Of a stretch of 64,000 nt of DNA, positions 23,451-36,085 are shown piece after piece (positions within the stretch are counted from its first letter, which is position 1; each line of letters opens with the position of its first letter). Source of the DNA: Squalus acanthias (taxonomy: Eukaryota); NCBI GenBank assembly GCA_030390025.1, contig CM059432.1:108192001-108256000 (forward strand). Reading direction: 5' to 3'. Both the position numbers and the translations under genes were made by a program. The notes below the pieces were generated by a model. The model was not told the DNA's origin, ran no database searches, and saw only the letters and a list, made by a program, of their open reading frames with translations.

Positions 23451-26007
23451 GATGATGCTGATTACCACCTACCGCCCTCCCTCAGCTGATGAATCAGTAC
23501 TCCTCCATGTTGAACACCACTTGGAAGAAGCACTGAGAGTAGCAAGGGCACAGAATGTTCTCTGGGTGGGGGTCTTCAATGTCCATCACTAAGAGTGGCT
23601 CGGTAGCACCGACTACTGACCAAGCTGGCCGAGTCCTGAAGGACATAACTGCCAGTCTGGGCTTGTGGCAGGTGGTGAGAGAACCAACATGAGGGAAAAA
23701 CCTACTTGATCTCGTCCTCTCCAGTCTACCTGCCGCAGATGCATCTCTCCGTGACAATATTGGTAGGAGTGACCACCACACAGTCCTTGTGGAGACAAAG
23801 TCCCATGTTCACACTGAGGACACCCTCCATTGTGTTGTGTGGCACTATCACTGTGCTAAATGGGATAGATTCAGAGCAGATCCAGCAGCTCAAAACTGGG
23901 CACCCACGATGCGCTGTGGGCCATCAGCAGCAGCAGAATTTTATTCCACCACAATCTGTAACCTCATGGCCTGGAATATCCCTCACTCTACCATTACCAG
24001 TAAGTTCAATGAGGAGTGTAGAAGAGCATGCCAGGAACAGCACCAGGCATACCTAAAAATGAGGTGCCAACCTAGTGAAACTGCAACACAGGACTACATG
24101 CATGCTCAACAGTGGAAGCAGCATGCTATAGACAGAGCTAAACAATCCCACAACCAATGGATCAGATCAAAGCTCTGCAGTCCTATCACAACCAGTCGTA
24201 AATGGTGTTGGACAATTAAACAACTAATGGAAGGAGGAGGCTCCATGAACATCCCCATCCTCAATGATGGGGGAATCGAGCATGTTTTATTTTAATTCGT
24301 TCATGGGATGTGGGCATCGCAGGCAAGGCCAGCATTTCTTGCCCATCCCTAATTGCCCTTGAGAAGGTGGTGGTGAGCCACCTTTTTGAACCGCTGCAGT
24401 CCGTGTGGTGAGGGTACTCCCACAGTGCTGTTAGGTAGGGAGTTCCAGGATTTTGACCCAGCGACGATGAAGGATCGGCGATATACTTCTAAGTCAGGAT
24501 GGTGTGTGACTTGGAGGGGAACTTGGAGGTGATGGTGTTCCCATGCACCTGCTGCCCTTGTCCTTCTAGGTGGAAGAGGTCGCAGGTTTGGGAGGTGCTG
24601 CCGAAGAAGCCTTAGCAAGTTGCTGCAGTGCATCTTGTGGATGGTACACACTGCACCGGTGGTGGAGGGAGTGAATGCTTAAGGTGGTGGATGGGGTGCC
24701 AATCAAGCGAGCTGCTTTGTCCTGGATGGTGTCGAGCTTCTTGAGTGTTGTTGGAGCTGCACTCATCCAGGCAAGTGGAGAGTATTCCATCACACTCCTT
24801 ACTTGTGTCTTGTAGATGGTGGAAAGGCTTTGGGGAGTCAGGAGGTGAGACACTCGCCGTAGAATACCTAGCCTCTGACCTGCTCTTGTTGCCTCAGTAT
24901 TTATGTGGCTGTTCCAGTTAAGTATCTGGTCAATGGTGACCCCCAGGATGTTGAGCGTGGGGGATTCGGCGATGGTAATGCCGTTGAATGTCAAGGGGCG
25001 GCAGGTTAGACTCTCACATGTTGGAGATAGTCATTGCCTGGCACTTCTGTGGCGTGAATGTTACCTGCCACTTATCAGCCCAAGCTTGAACATCGTCCAG
25101 GTCTTGTTGCATGCGGGCATGGACTGCTTCATTATCTGAGGAGTTGCGAATGGCACTCAACACTGTGCAGTCATCAGCGAACATCCCCATTTCTGACCTT
25201 ATGTTGGAGGGAAGGTCATTGATGAAGCAGCTGAAGATGGTTGGGCCTAGGACACTGCCCTGAGGAACTCCTGCAGTGATGTCCTGGGGCTGTGATGATT
25301 GACCTTCAACCACCACAACCATCTTCCTTTGTGCTAGGTATGACTCCAGCCGGTGGAGAGTTTTCCCCCCAATTCCCATTGACTTCAGTTTTACTAGGGC
25401 TCCTTGATGCCACAATCGGTCAAATGCTGCCTTGATGTCAAGGGCAGTCACTCTCACCTCACCTCTGGAATTCAGCTCCTTTGTCCGTGTTTGGACAAAG
25501 GCTGTAATGAGGTCAGGAGCTGAGTGGTCTTGGCAAAACCCAAACTGGGCATCAGTGAGCAGGTTATTGGTGAGTAAGTGCCGCTTGATAGCACTGTCGA
25601 TGACACCTTCCATCACTGTGCTGATGTTTGAGAGTAGACTGATGGGGCGGGAATTGGCCGGACTGGATTTGTCCTGCTTTTTGCGGACAGGACATACCTG
25701 GGCAGTTTTCCACATTGTCGGATAGATGCCAGTGTTATAGCTGTACTGGAACAGCTTGGCTAGAGGCGCGGCTAGTTCTGGAGCACAAGTCTTCAGCACG
25801 ATAGCCGGGATGTTGTCGGGGTCCATAGCCTTTGCTGTATCCAGTGCGCTCAGCCGTTTCTTGATATCACGTGGAGTGAATCGAATTGGCTGAAGACTGG
25901 CTCTGTGATGGTGAGAACCTCAGGAGTAGGCCGATATGGATCATCCACTCGGCACTTCTGAGTGCAAAAGACAAGGTTAAAGCGTTTGCAACCATCTTCA
26001 GCCAGAA
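23451..26007. mobile_element. Rearranged CR1-group LINE: endonuclease half on +, RT half and 3' end on -
   Basis: + strand 23451-24284 gives TYRPPSADES...LWVG(D)FNVHH (AP endonuclease). - strand 25960-24290 gives PDNIP...QFGF...DIKAAFD...GVPQGSVLGP...FADD. Confidence 0.85.
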
Positions 26008-26216
26008 TCCAAGGATACATAATGATTCTTATAAACAATACCAGCTTTATGGAAGAATGCCCAATCCAGGTTCTCTGCTTTCTACCCTCTTTGGGCAAGG
26101 TTTGCCACTTGTTGGCCAGACTACTAGAAACAGCGCCTTGTGCTGATGGAGTGCGTAACCCATAGAGGTAATCTTCAGGCGTAGGTAGCTATCATGATGA
26201 GATTCATGGCTTAGAT

Positions 26217-26546
26217 TAGGGATGTCCAATCTGTAACCCTAGGGCCACATGTGGTTCTTGCGCAATGGCAAGCCAAGCAGCAAAGAACAGGCTTTTTGCT
26301 TATATTTCTTATTTGCTAGTTTGTTCCGTTCGAGTTTTGTAGGCCTGAAGGTTTGGAAAGGGCTGTTTTTAGTGTTATTGCCTCACTGGTGGATAAATCC
26401 TAAAGCCAAACATCAAGAACTGTTAATATTAGCTTCAGATATAAATGAATTGAAGGGAACATGGATTTAAACTTTATAGGTGGTGCCCGAGGTTCTTTGG
26501 TATACATTTATGCGGTCCTCGTACACAGAATGCTGGGACACCCTTG
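26217..26546 (+). mobile_element. 330-bp hAT-type MITE
   Basis: TIRs TAGGGATGTCCAA and ctgggacacccttg. 8-bp TSD GCTTAGAT/GCCTAGAT (26209-26216, 26547-26554). Homologous to 6939-7268. Confidence 0.75.
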
Positions 26547-26561
26547 GCCTAGATTGGGGTG

Positions 26562-26755
26562 TGTGGTAACACAATACAGATTCCTGTGACTCGAACTTTA
26601 TTGCATCACTTCCTGTGATTAGTCCAGGATAAATACGGGACTGATCAGTTGGATCCTGGAGAGGCATAGAGTAAGACCTCTTTTGTATGTAGCACCTTTT
26701 TAGTTGATTAAAGCTTACTTTAAGTTCACCACGCGTAAGGCTCATTCTTACGACA
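26562..26755 (+). repeat. 5' LTR of the Gypsy element
   Basis: TGTGGTAAC...TACGACA, direct repeat of 30796-30989, contains TTAGTT (Inr-like) and ATTAAA. Confidence 0.97.
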
Positions 26756-26833
26756 ATTTAATCAACTTTGAAAAACTTCGCACTCAAACTTTTTGGACGA
26801 ACTCGGAACTAAGGATCCAGGGAATCACCCATC

Positions 26834-29800
26834 ATGGAAAACATCCTTAAACCATCGCGTCTTGACTTGGACCCAAACACCCCAGCAGCCGGTAAGGTGT
26901 GGAATCACTGGTATCGCACGTTTGACAATTTTCTCGAATATTGCAAGGCTGATGATGACACAAAGTTGCGGATACTCATCAACTGTGTCACTCCGAATGT
27001 ATTTCAGTATGTTGAGGAATGGGGCAGTTACGAGGAGGCAATTCGGACGCTTAAAAGACTATATACTAAGACACCGAATGAGGTCTATGCCAGACATCTA
27101 CTAGCTACAGCCCAACAAGGGCCGGAGGAATCCATTGATAAATTCCTCCAAGAGCTTCGCAGACTTAGTATGGACTGTAACTTTCAGGCGGCCTCAGCTG
27201 AGCTGTACCGTGAAGAAATGATCCGTGATGCTTTCATCTGCGGGCTTGCCTCCCCATTTATACGCCAGCGTCTACTGGAAAGTAAGACACTTGAGCTTCA
27301 GAGAGCTTATGACATGGCTTGCTCTCTAGATCTGGCAAAAAGAAATGCAGACCTTTATACAGTGCCCAGACCTCGGTCTGCTGCCTTAACTACAGTCAGG
27401 CAATTTAAGAGGCCACAGGTGAACTCTATTAGGGAGGACTTTATCCCTGACGATCAATCTGATGACTTCACTGATGAAGAGGATGATGACCCCACTGTGG
27501 CAGCCTCTTGGCAATCTAAGAAATGCTTCTTTTGTGGTGATGAGTTTCACCCTCGGAAATTCTGCCCTGCTCGCAATGCGTTTTGCAGTCATTGCAACAA
27601 AAAGGGTCATTTTGCAAAGGTTTGCCTATCAAGAGCCTCTACGAGGGCTTATCAAGCTAAGTCCTACCGAACTGCCCCGGTAAGGGCCTATCAAGATGTT
27701 CCGGCTAAAATCTATCGTGCTTCCTCTCGGGTTTTCTCTCGAAGAAACACACCTAGAGTTTCAGCCACTCTTTGTGCAACGACACCAATTACAGCTGCTT
27801 GTCCTCAGAACCTATTCCATGCAGCTACAAAAGCATCAATTAATGGACATACTTTAGATGCCTTAATTGACTCAGGTAGCACTGATAGTTTCATTAGGGA
27901 ACAGATTGTTGCAGAGTTAAAGCTACATGTTTTCCCATCGGACCAGGCAATTGCGATGGCTCAGTCATCACTTAATACCAGAATTTCTGGCTTTTGTATG
28001 GTTGAAATAACACTTAATGGTCACAGGTATCCCTCCACCCGGCTTTCGGTGCTCAAGGACTTATGTAGTGATCTTATCTTAGGACTGGATTTTCAAAAGC
28101 AGCATAAGAAGCTCACCATTGAGTTCGGCGGATCCAAACCTGAACTCACTATTTCTAATATACGACCTCGATTACCGTTCTGTGCATTGTCAGCAGCTTC
28201 ACTGGATGAACCCTCACTGTTTACCAGTATCCCTCCTCGATGCAAACCGATTATAACAAAGTCACGACGTTTCAGTCAGGAAGACCAGTCTTTTATTGCG
28301 GCTGAGATTTCTCGGCTTTTAGCAGAGGATATCATCGAGCCTTGTTCGTCGCCATGGCGCGCCCAGGTCGTTATTGTTAAGAACCCTCTACAACCTCACA
28401 AGAAACGGCTGTGCATTGACTATTCACAGACCATCAATCAATATACGGACTTGGACGCATACCCATTGCCGCGCATCGATGATATGGTTAATAAACTGGC
28501 TGAGTACACGGTGTTCTCAACATATGATCTGAAAAGTGCCTATCATCAGGTACCCTTGAAGGTCTCAGACAAGCAGTATACGGCCTTTGAAGCCAATGGA
28601 CGGCTGTATCAATTTCGTCGCCTCCCCTTTGGGGTCACTAATGGAGTGGCTGTCTTCCAGCGAGCAATGGATGACCTGGTCAAACAGGAAGACTTGAAGG
28701 ATACGTTTCCTTATCTGGACAATATTACTGTCGCAGGTCGCAATCAGCGGGAACATGACGCCAATCTCCAACGATTTTGGGATGCACTCCAGCACCGTAA
28801 TTTGACATTAAATGCGGCTAAATCCATTGAGTCACAACCAACCATCAACATCCTTGGCTATTGTGTGGGCAATGGCATCATTAAACCTGACCCTGAAAGG
28901 CTTCGCCCACTCAAGAGCTCCCGCCACCTAAGAATCCGGCCTCCTCGGCCTGTTTGCATACTATGCTAAATGGATTCCTAACTTCTCGGACCGAATCCAA
29001 CCTCTACTGAAGGCCAGCACATTCCCACTAGACGCAGCGGCTGTTGCAGCCTTTAACCTCCTGAAAAAACAGTTGGAGAAAGCGGCTCTTCACTCCATCG
29101 ATGAGAGTCTTCCTTTTGTTGTTGAGTGTGATGCCTCGGAGGTGGCGATCTCGGCCACTCTGAATCAGGAAGGTCGTCCGGTGGCATTTTTGTCCAGGAC
29201 TTTTCAAGGGGCTGAGCTACATTATCCTCCAGTCGAGAAAGAAGCTACAGCCATCATAGAGGCAGTACGGAAGTGGACTCATCTCCTAGCTCGCCAGCAC
29301 TTTACCTTAATCACGGACCAGCGATCGGTCGCCTTCATGCTCGATAATCGAAAACGGACCAAAATTAAAAATAATAAAATCCAGCTTTGGCGGCTGGAAT
29401 TGGCCTCTTTTGGTTACACCATCCACTATCGACCTGGCAAGGAGAATGTGGCTCCAGATACCCTCACACGAGCATTCTGCTCCGCCATGGCACCCTCTAC
29501 GCTCGTAGACATCCATGATGGGTTGTGTCATCCGGGCGTTACTCGCATGCTACACTTCGTGCGGTCCCGAAATCTCCCATTCTCTACCGGGGATGTAAAG
29601 AAGATGTGCTCGGACTGCAGAGTCTGTGCGGAATTGAAACCTCAGTTTTTCCGCCCCTCGGGTGGTATACTCATACATGCGACCCAGCCAATGCAACGGC
29701 TTGGCATCGATTTTAAGGGGCCGTTGCCCTCTTCAACTCGCAACACTTATCTATTGACCATGGTCGATGAGTATTCCCGTTTTCCGTTTGCCTTTCCCTG

Positions 29801-30776
29801 CCCCAATATGCTGACGACCACGGTTATCAGCTGCCTTGAGCAGGTATTTGCTTTCTGTGGCATGGCATCCTATGTTCATTCGGATCGGGGCCCTTCTTTT
29901 ATGTCAGGAGAACTCAAGGCCTATCTCTCGGAACGGGGTATTGCTGCCAGCTGAACGACGCCTTATCATCCGGTCGGGAATGGGCAAGTCGAGCGTTTTA
30001 ACGCTATCATCTGGAATGCGGTACGTCTGGCTTTGAGATCTCGGGGCCTACCCAACCAGCAATGGGAAGCAGTACTTCCAGACGCATTACACTCCACACG
30101 GTCCCTCCTTTCGACCGCCACAAATACGACGCCTCATGAACGGTTCTTCCGATTTCAGCGTCGCTCATCCTATGGGATATCTCTCCCGTCGTGGCTGACT
30201 GCACCGGGACCAGTGCTACTCCGAAGATATGTCCGGGCGTCTAAGAATGACCCCCTGGTAGATGAGGTTGAGCTCACTGACGTCAACCCTACCTACGCCT
30301 ATATTCGGTATCCTGACGGTCGGGAATCTACTGTGTCATTGCGGGATCTGGCTCCCTGCCCGCCGAAACATAGAGGGACACCAGGGGATGATATTGTACC
30401 AGGCACATCTCTGGGCTCGCCAGGTGCCTCTCATCACGATCTGGATCTGACGCCGGCTGGTACCTCACTCCAGCGTGCCGACCTGGGGCAGACTGACTAT
30501 GAGCCCGTCGGGGCTCGCACGCGCAGCCACGATCCACCCCGTACCATACGCTCGGAAACGGATCTGCCACAGCCCTGCCCGACACCCGTTCGGGCACCAG
30601 TACACAGTCAGGATCGTCCTGACCCCTCACAGAGCGGGCTGGATCACTCGGACTCTGGTCCACGGCCCGCGGCGGGTAAACGGGCTAGGGGCCCTCTACC
30701 GCTACGAGAACCCAAACGGGTGCGGCTCTCCCTCGTCCGGCGGCTACGAAATGGAGGGAGCATCCCAGCCTCCTAA
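26834..30776 (+). pseudogene. Gypsy gag-pol polyprotein, disrupted
   Basis: Two CX2CX4HX4C knuckles, protease LIDSGS, RT (CIDY, DLKSAYHQ, LPFG, YLDN), RNase H (CDAS, EKEATAI, TDQ), integrase (HPG...CRVC, IDFKG, HSDRG, GQVER). Frameshift/deletion near 28910-28945 and in-frame TGA at 29952-29954. Confidence 0.93.
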
Positions 30777-30795
30777 TCTTTTGGGGGGGGGAGAA

Positions 30796-30989
30796 TGTGG
30801 TAACACAATACAGCTTCCTGTGACTCGAACTTTATTGCATCACTTCCTGTGATTAGTCCAGGATAAATACGGGACTGATCAGTTGGATCCTGGAGAGGCA
30901 TAGAGTAAGACCTCTTTTGTATGTAGCACCTTTTTAGTTGATTAAAGCTTACTTTAAGTTCACCACGTGTAAGGCTCATTCTTACGACA
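30796..30989 (+). repeat. 3' LTR of the Gypsy element
   Basis: Direct repeat of 26562-26755, preceded by the polypurine tract. Confidence 0.97.
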
Positions 30990-31977
30990 GGGTGTGTCTA
31001 TATAAAGGAGGAAATAGACTACACCTTTAAGAAACTACACCGCAATAGTAGAGGAGAATTAATAAACAATATTGGCCACTCAGCAATAGGAGTATTAACA
31101 AAATAATCACCGATCCAGGAAAGATCCGGTCAAGCAACCAGAAACCAATGTCACTGTAACCTTGTGGAGAGCAAACAAAACTTAATGCATTTAATATGCT
31201 GCCTTACACCAGCAACTTCCTATAACGGCTCTCCAGGGTCCAATATTTTAAACAGCTATTTGAAACCGATGATGTATATATTTATTCCAGCTCAGTACAT
31301 CTGTTCTTAGGCGGTTTTGCTCTACATATTATTTGACCATACACTGCATGAAATCACTACAGGCTGATAGTGGTACAAGCTGGTGGTGGGCACAGCATGC
31401 AGTGGATCTAATGCAGCCGGTTTTCATGGATTGCTCCTTATTTGCTCTATTCCCTCCATTTTTCCACATTGTATCCTTAAAGCTGCAACCCACTTCCACA
31501 TTTCCACCTGTATGTCAAAACACTAATCTAGGCCATAGACTTCAGCATGTTAGTTGCCAACATCACCCTATAATCAGGCACCCTATAAGAAGGCTACACC
31601 TATGGGTCATGCACTCGACCAGCACAGAGCACTTTACCTAATGATCCTACCAACTGGCAACCTTGCCCACAGAGCAGAGGGCAGAAAACATTTATTTTTG
31701 CCAATTTCTCCCATTGTCTCCTGAAGGTGATTTTTTTGTGGGGTTCAGTTCCACAGCTACCTCTGCAACCTCTTCAATAAAGGTCATTCTTCATGTGTGA
31801 GCCCAAACTGGGGGGGGGGGAATCATTTTAACTTATATTACCAGGCGAAAAGCGGGTGATGGCAATCGGCAGCCTGTTTTACACTGCACCCAAATTTCTT
31901 TTCCATTGAACTCAATGACGAGGTGTAAAATGGGCTGCCGATTTGTTATCACACATTATAATTACCCCCCATGTGTT

Positions 31978-32560
31978 CATAGAATCATAGAAATTACATT
32001 TGCCATATCTCACCTGTGCCAGTGTTAGCCCTTCAACTCTGATCCCATTTCCCTGCTCTTTCCCCGTATCCTTTTATATTCTTTGTTTTGAAATACTTGT
32101 CCAATTCCTTTTCAATTGACGTTCGAATCTTTGCCTCAACATCCCCTTGTGGTAAAACATTCCACGTTCTAATAACCCTCCGTGTAAAAAGGTTTCATCA
32201 AACTTCCACCTTCATTCTTCTAGTGAAATTCCTCAATCTCTGCCCCCTTGTTAACGCTTCGCCAACCAGTGGCAATAACCTTTCACTGTCTACTCTTTCA
32301 AAATCTTTTATAACTTTGAAAACCTCTATTAGATCCCCTTCTTTAACCTTCTCTGTTAGAGTGAACAAAAAAACAATTTTTCAAACCTTTCTTCATAGCC
32401 ATAACCTTTCATTCCTGGTATTTAGTGAATCCTTGCTGTACCCTTTCCATGGCTCTAATATTCTGCCTATAATGGGGGCTCAGAACTTCATGCAACACTC
32501 AACATCGCGTCCTTGTTTTTATATTCAATGTATATCCCAGAATCGCATTTACCTTTTGTT
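31978..32560 (-). mobile_element. Degenerate CR1 3' fragment
   Basis: catagaatcatagaa tail and reverse-complement RT C-terminal phrases. Confidence 0.65.
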
Positions 32561-32624
32561 ACCTGTACTCCTACCTCTAGAGATCTAAATCTACAGTTCT
32601 CACTTGAAATCCACACATGAAGCA

Positions 32625-32940
32625 AGAACTTGCAATTATTTAATGCCTTTCATATCTTCAGGATATCCCAAATGGTTTTACAGCCAATGAAGCACTCTTG
32701 AAGTGTAGACACTGTTGTAATGTAAAGAAACATGGTGGACAGTTTGCGTACAGCAAGGACCCACAAACAGCAATGACATAAATGACCAGATAATCTGTTT
32801 TAATGATGTTGGTTGTGTGTTAAATGTTGGCCATTTGTTGGTAGAACTCCTCTGCTCATCTTTCAATAGTGCCATGGGATGTTTTACGTCCACCTGAGAG
32901 GGCAGACATGGCCTCAGTTTAAAGTCTCATCCGAAAAATG
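32625..32940 (-). mobile_element. Deu-domain SINE fragment
   Basis: Reverse complement of the SINE core (aatagtgccatgggat...gtccacctgagagggcagac...gtctcatccgaaa). Confidence 0.7.
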
Positions 32941-33420
32941 GAAATACATAGCCACATTTTAGCAAGGTTATTATACAATGAATGGACAGGACTGGAAACA
33001 CTGTCTGATGTTTCCCTTCCATAGCTGAAGGGTTCTGAGGCCAACTGTAGCACCCTCCACTGCTGTCCTATCTGAGATCAGCTAATTCAGTAGTGCATAG
33101 AACATTTTACTAAGAAAAACGATTTGATTTTGGAAACCTGACAAAATACTTGCTAATTTTTAAATGGGCATCTTGGGTCCCTATTCAACCACTGGAAAAG
33201 TAACTGAGTTATTTGAAGCAATTGCAGTAAAATAATATGGCTTAATTACCAGTGCATCACATAACCACTGTTTGTACAGTATTGCACATATGATTCACTT
33301 GTGCTTTCATAGATATCCAGCTATATATGGTTCAATTACTAACTTGGCTGTTGAACCAGATGCTGGACCCTTTAGAAGCCTTGCTGAACCTTGTTATAAT
33401 TCATTTAAATGAAAGATTAG

Positions 33421-34145
33421 GGGGGAGAAATTCGGTGGTGCCCCCTTTGGGGTGCTAACTTTGTTGGCGCCCCAAAAAAGTTAGCACCCCTGCCCCGTAA
33501 ATTCAGTGGTTGCACCCCAAGCAGGAGGCGGGGCGCTACTGGAAGCGCTCCACCTCCTTCCTGGGGCGCTACGACTGAATATCGCGGTGTTACATGCAGC
33601 AGCGCCACGCGTGTCGGCACATAGCGCCGCGGTATTGCAGGCCTCCCTCCCCTGATTAAAGGGGAGGGGCCTAGCGCTGCATGCATCGGGGCCCTGCTGG
33701 ACCACCGGGGAGTGGGGTGCCGGGAAAGCAGCCCGGCACTCAAGAGGAGTGTCGGACTGAGCAATCGCGGCCGACACCCCGAATAAAAAAGAGGAAGGGG
33801 ACAGGTGCTGGCAGTCGGCCTAATAAAAAATGGCCGTCCGACACCTGCCCTTTAAGTTGCACCACCGCGGCTGCAAAAACGCCACCCTGACCCTGTCAGA
33901 CATATCGTCCGGCGATAGGTCAGGGGGCGCTACCGAAGTTTGTGGTTGGGGCGCTGCGCACGGCGATGATGTCATCGCCGGAGGTGCAGCACCGCGGGGC
34001 GCTACCGGCTACCGCTGCTGCTAACCTGCCGCTTAATTTCACGGGAGACGTTAGCACCGCCGCGCCCGGGCACTAGGGGCTTTGCGCCATGTTAGCACCC
34101 CCCAGGGACGCTAACGGGAGGCGCAAAACAACCCAATTTTCCCCC
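33421..34145. mobile_element. GC-rich Harbinger-type MITE
   Basis: TIRs GGGGGAGAAATT and AATTTTCCCCC, TSD TAG (33418-33420, 34146-34148). Right end (gctaacgggaggcgcaa) resembles that of 686-4833. Confidence 0.85.
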
Positions 34146-36085
34146 TAGGCGTTATAACATATGCCAATATAAACTCCCCATTGAACACAAGAAATCATAG
34201 TGGACAGTTAAAATTCACTGCTATCTGTTCAGTATGGCAGTCAGTGCTTAAATTGCCAACTCTTGGGCTAACAAGGCTGAACACTATTATTGATGAATCA
34301 GAATACTACTGTTCAAAATCCCAAATTATATTTAAAAAGCTGTCATAAAAAGGTAATCAAGTTCAACTGTGGCTTGGAATTACAGCAATTTTCAGCCCCA
34401 ATACAAACTAATAACATTAAAAATGCATTCTCGTCTTAGTCAGTTTAAGTATCATTGGACTTTTGCTGCATTTTAGAATATATAATTCATGCTTCCCTTC
34501 ATTTTACTGAGCTTATTAGATTCCTCAAACATCCTTCAGGTTGTTGTTGTTTTTCATACCTTCACATCCTTGGAGCATAGTGTGAAGTAGTGGAAGGATT
34601 CATATGAACATATGAAGATGATGGGTAGGAAACGACCATCTGGTCCATCAATCCTGCCCACATTCATGATGCCTAGAGCAGGCTAATTAACAGTCTGACA
34701 GGCCAATACGTGAACAGTCCTTCCATGGTTGTAATCATCTTTATATCCGCCATTAGTCCTATATGGCAGGAGGGTTTTCTGGGTTCCCACAAATCCACAA
34801 CCCATATGATGAGGGGAGGGGGGCCGCCCACACTCACTGGACGCAAGTATCATGCTTGGATGTCAATGCAGAATTCAATGTCGGAGCTCTGGTCTCCACT
34901 TGCCAGGACTGGGGTTCAAACCCTGAACCTTCTGACTCAGAAGCAGGAATGCTACAATTAAGCCAAAGGCTCGCTCCATCCTTCAGGTGAAATGGTAGGA
35001 TGTACCAGACTGGTAGATCATGCAACTGTCAGGTTTCTTGTTTCTCATCATTGGAAGGAAAATATTACCTGCTTACTTAATCAGCTTCTTATGTAAAATG
35101 GTAGGCAACATAAAGCTAATGTCACATATTCCCTTTCCTTCTTGTCATTAACAATGCGATTTATCATATAAAGAAATTTTCAATTCAGTTCATATGCTCA
35201 ATCAGTTTTAAGAGAAAATAACAGAACTCACTGGGAGCTACTATTTTAGACAGTATGGACTCACTTAGGGGGCCTGGATTCAAATTGGAGTGTCAACTGA
35301 TATTGGCACTACTGTCTCACAAGGAATCTGGCGTTCTGACCTAGCTACGTTGTCTGCTGCAGAACAGACACATTTTTTGAGCAGAAATCCAGCTCCTAAT
35401 GGGTTGTATTATAGTATCCATGGAGCTACAGACAAGCGGACCTGCCAAATTTCCCAGATAAGGAGCACTGCATGAATGACTGGTAGTCCCAGCAGGACCT
35501 ATGTCTGCCAAGAGAGGGCATAGGTTCCATTTTGGACCTAGTGAAGGCACCAAAATTGAACGGTCTAACGGTTACTCAAAGGCCCTTCCCTTCCTTCAGT
35601 TCAGAAGATAACATTTTTTTCACATGCATCTTCAGCCTGATCTGGGCCACTGGCTCCCCCTCTCAGAGAAGCAGGGTAGGGACCCCAAACCAAAACTTTA
35701 CACTTAGACGGGGCAAGACAAACACCACTCTTGGCAACAAAAAATTAGTAGTCATTGAACCAGGGAGGTTTACAGCACAGAAGGAGGCCAGAATCCAAAG
35801 CTAATCCCATTACCTTGCTCACTTCCCATATCTTCCTCTGTTCAAATATTTAGCCACTTTTTCCCCTTAAAAGTGCAAGGGTCTACCTCAACTATTCCCT
35901 GCAGCAAAGCATTCCACGCTCCAACAATCCTCTGCACAAATAAAGTTTCCCCTAATCCCTTTCCTCGTTCTGTCAGTGAGAATTTTTAATTGAAAAGAGT
36001 CGATAATGATGTGTTAACATTTCCCAAGCAGTTAATGAGCTAGTTAACCAGTAAAATGTTGAAAAATTCAATAATCCAGCTGTGA

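Larger units (their letters stand above)
26562..30989 (+). mobile_element. Full-length Ty3/Gypsy LTR retrotransposon (Mag-like Gag)
   Basis: 194-bp LTRs (TG...CA) differing at 2 sites, 5-bp TSD GGGTG (26557-26561, 30990-30994), PPT GGGGGGGGGAGAA before the 3' LTR, domain order gag-PR-RT-RH-IN. Confidence 0.97.
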
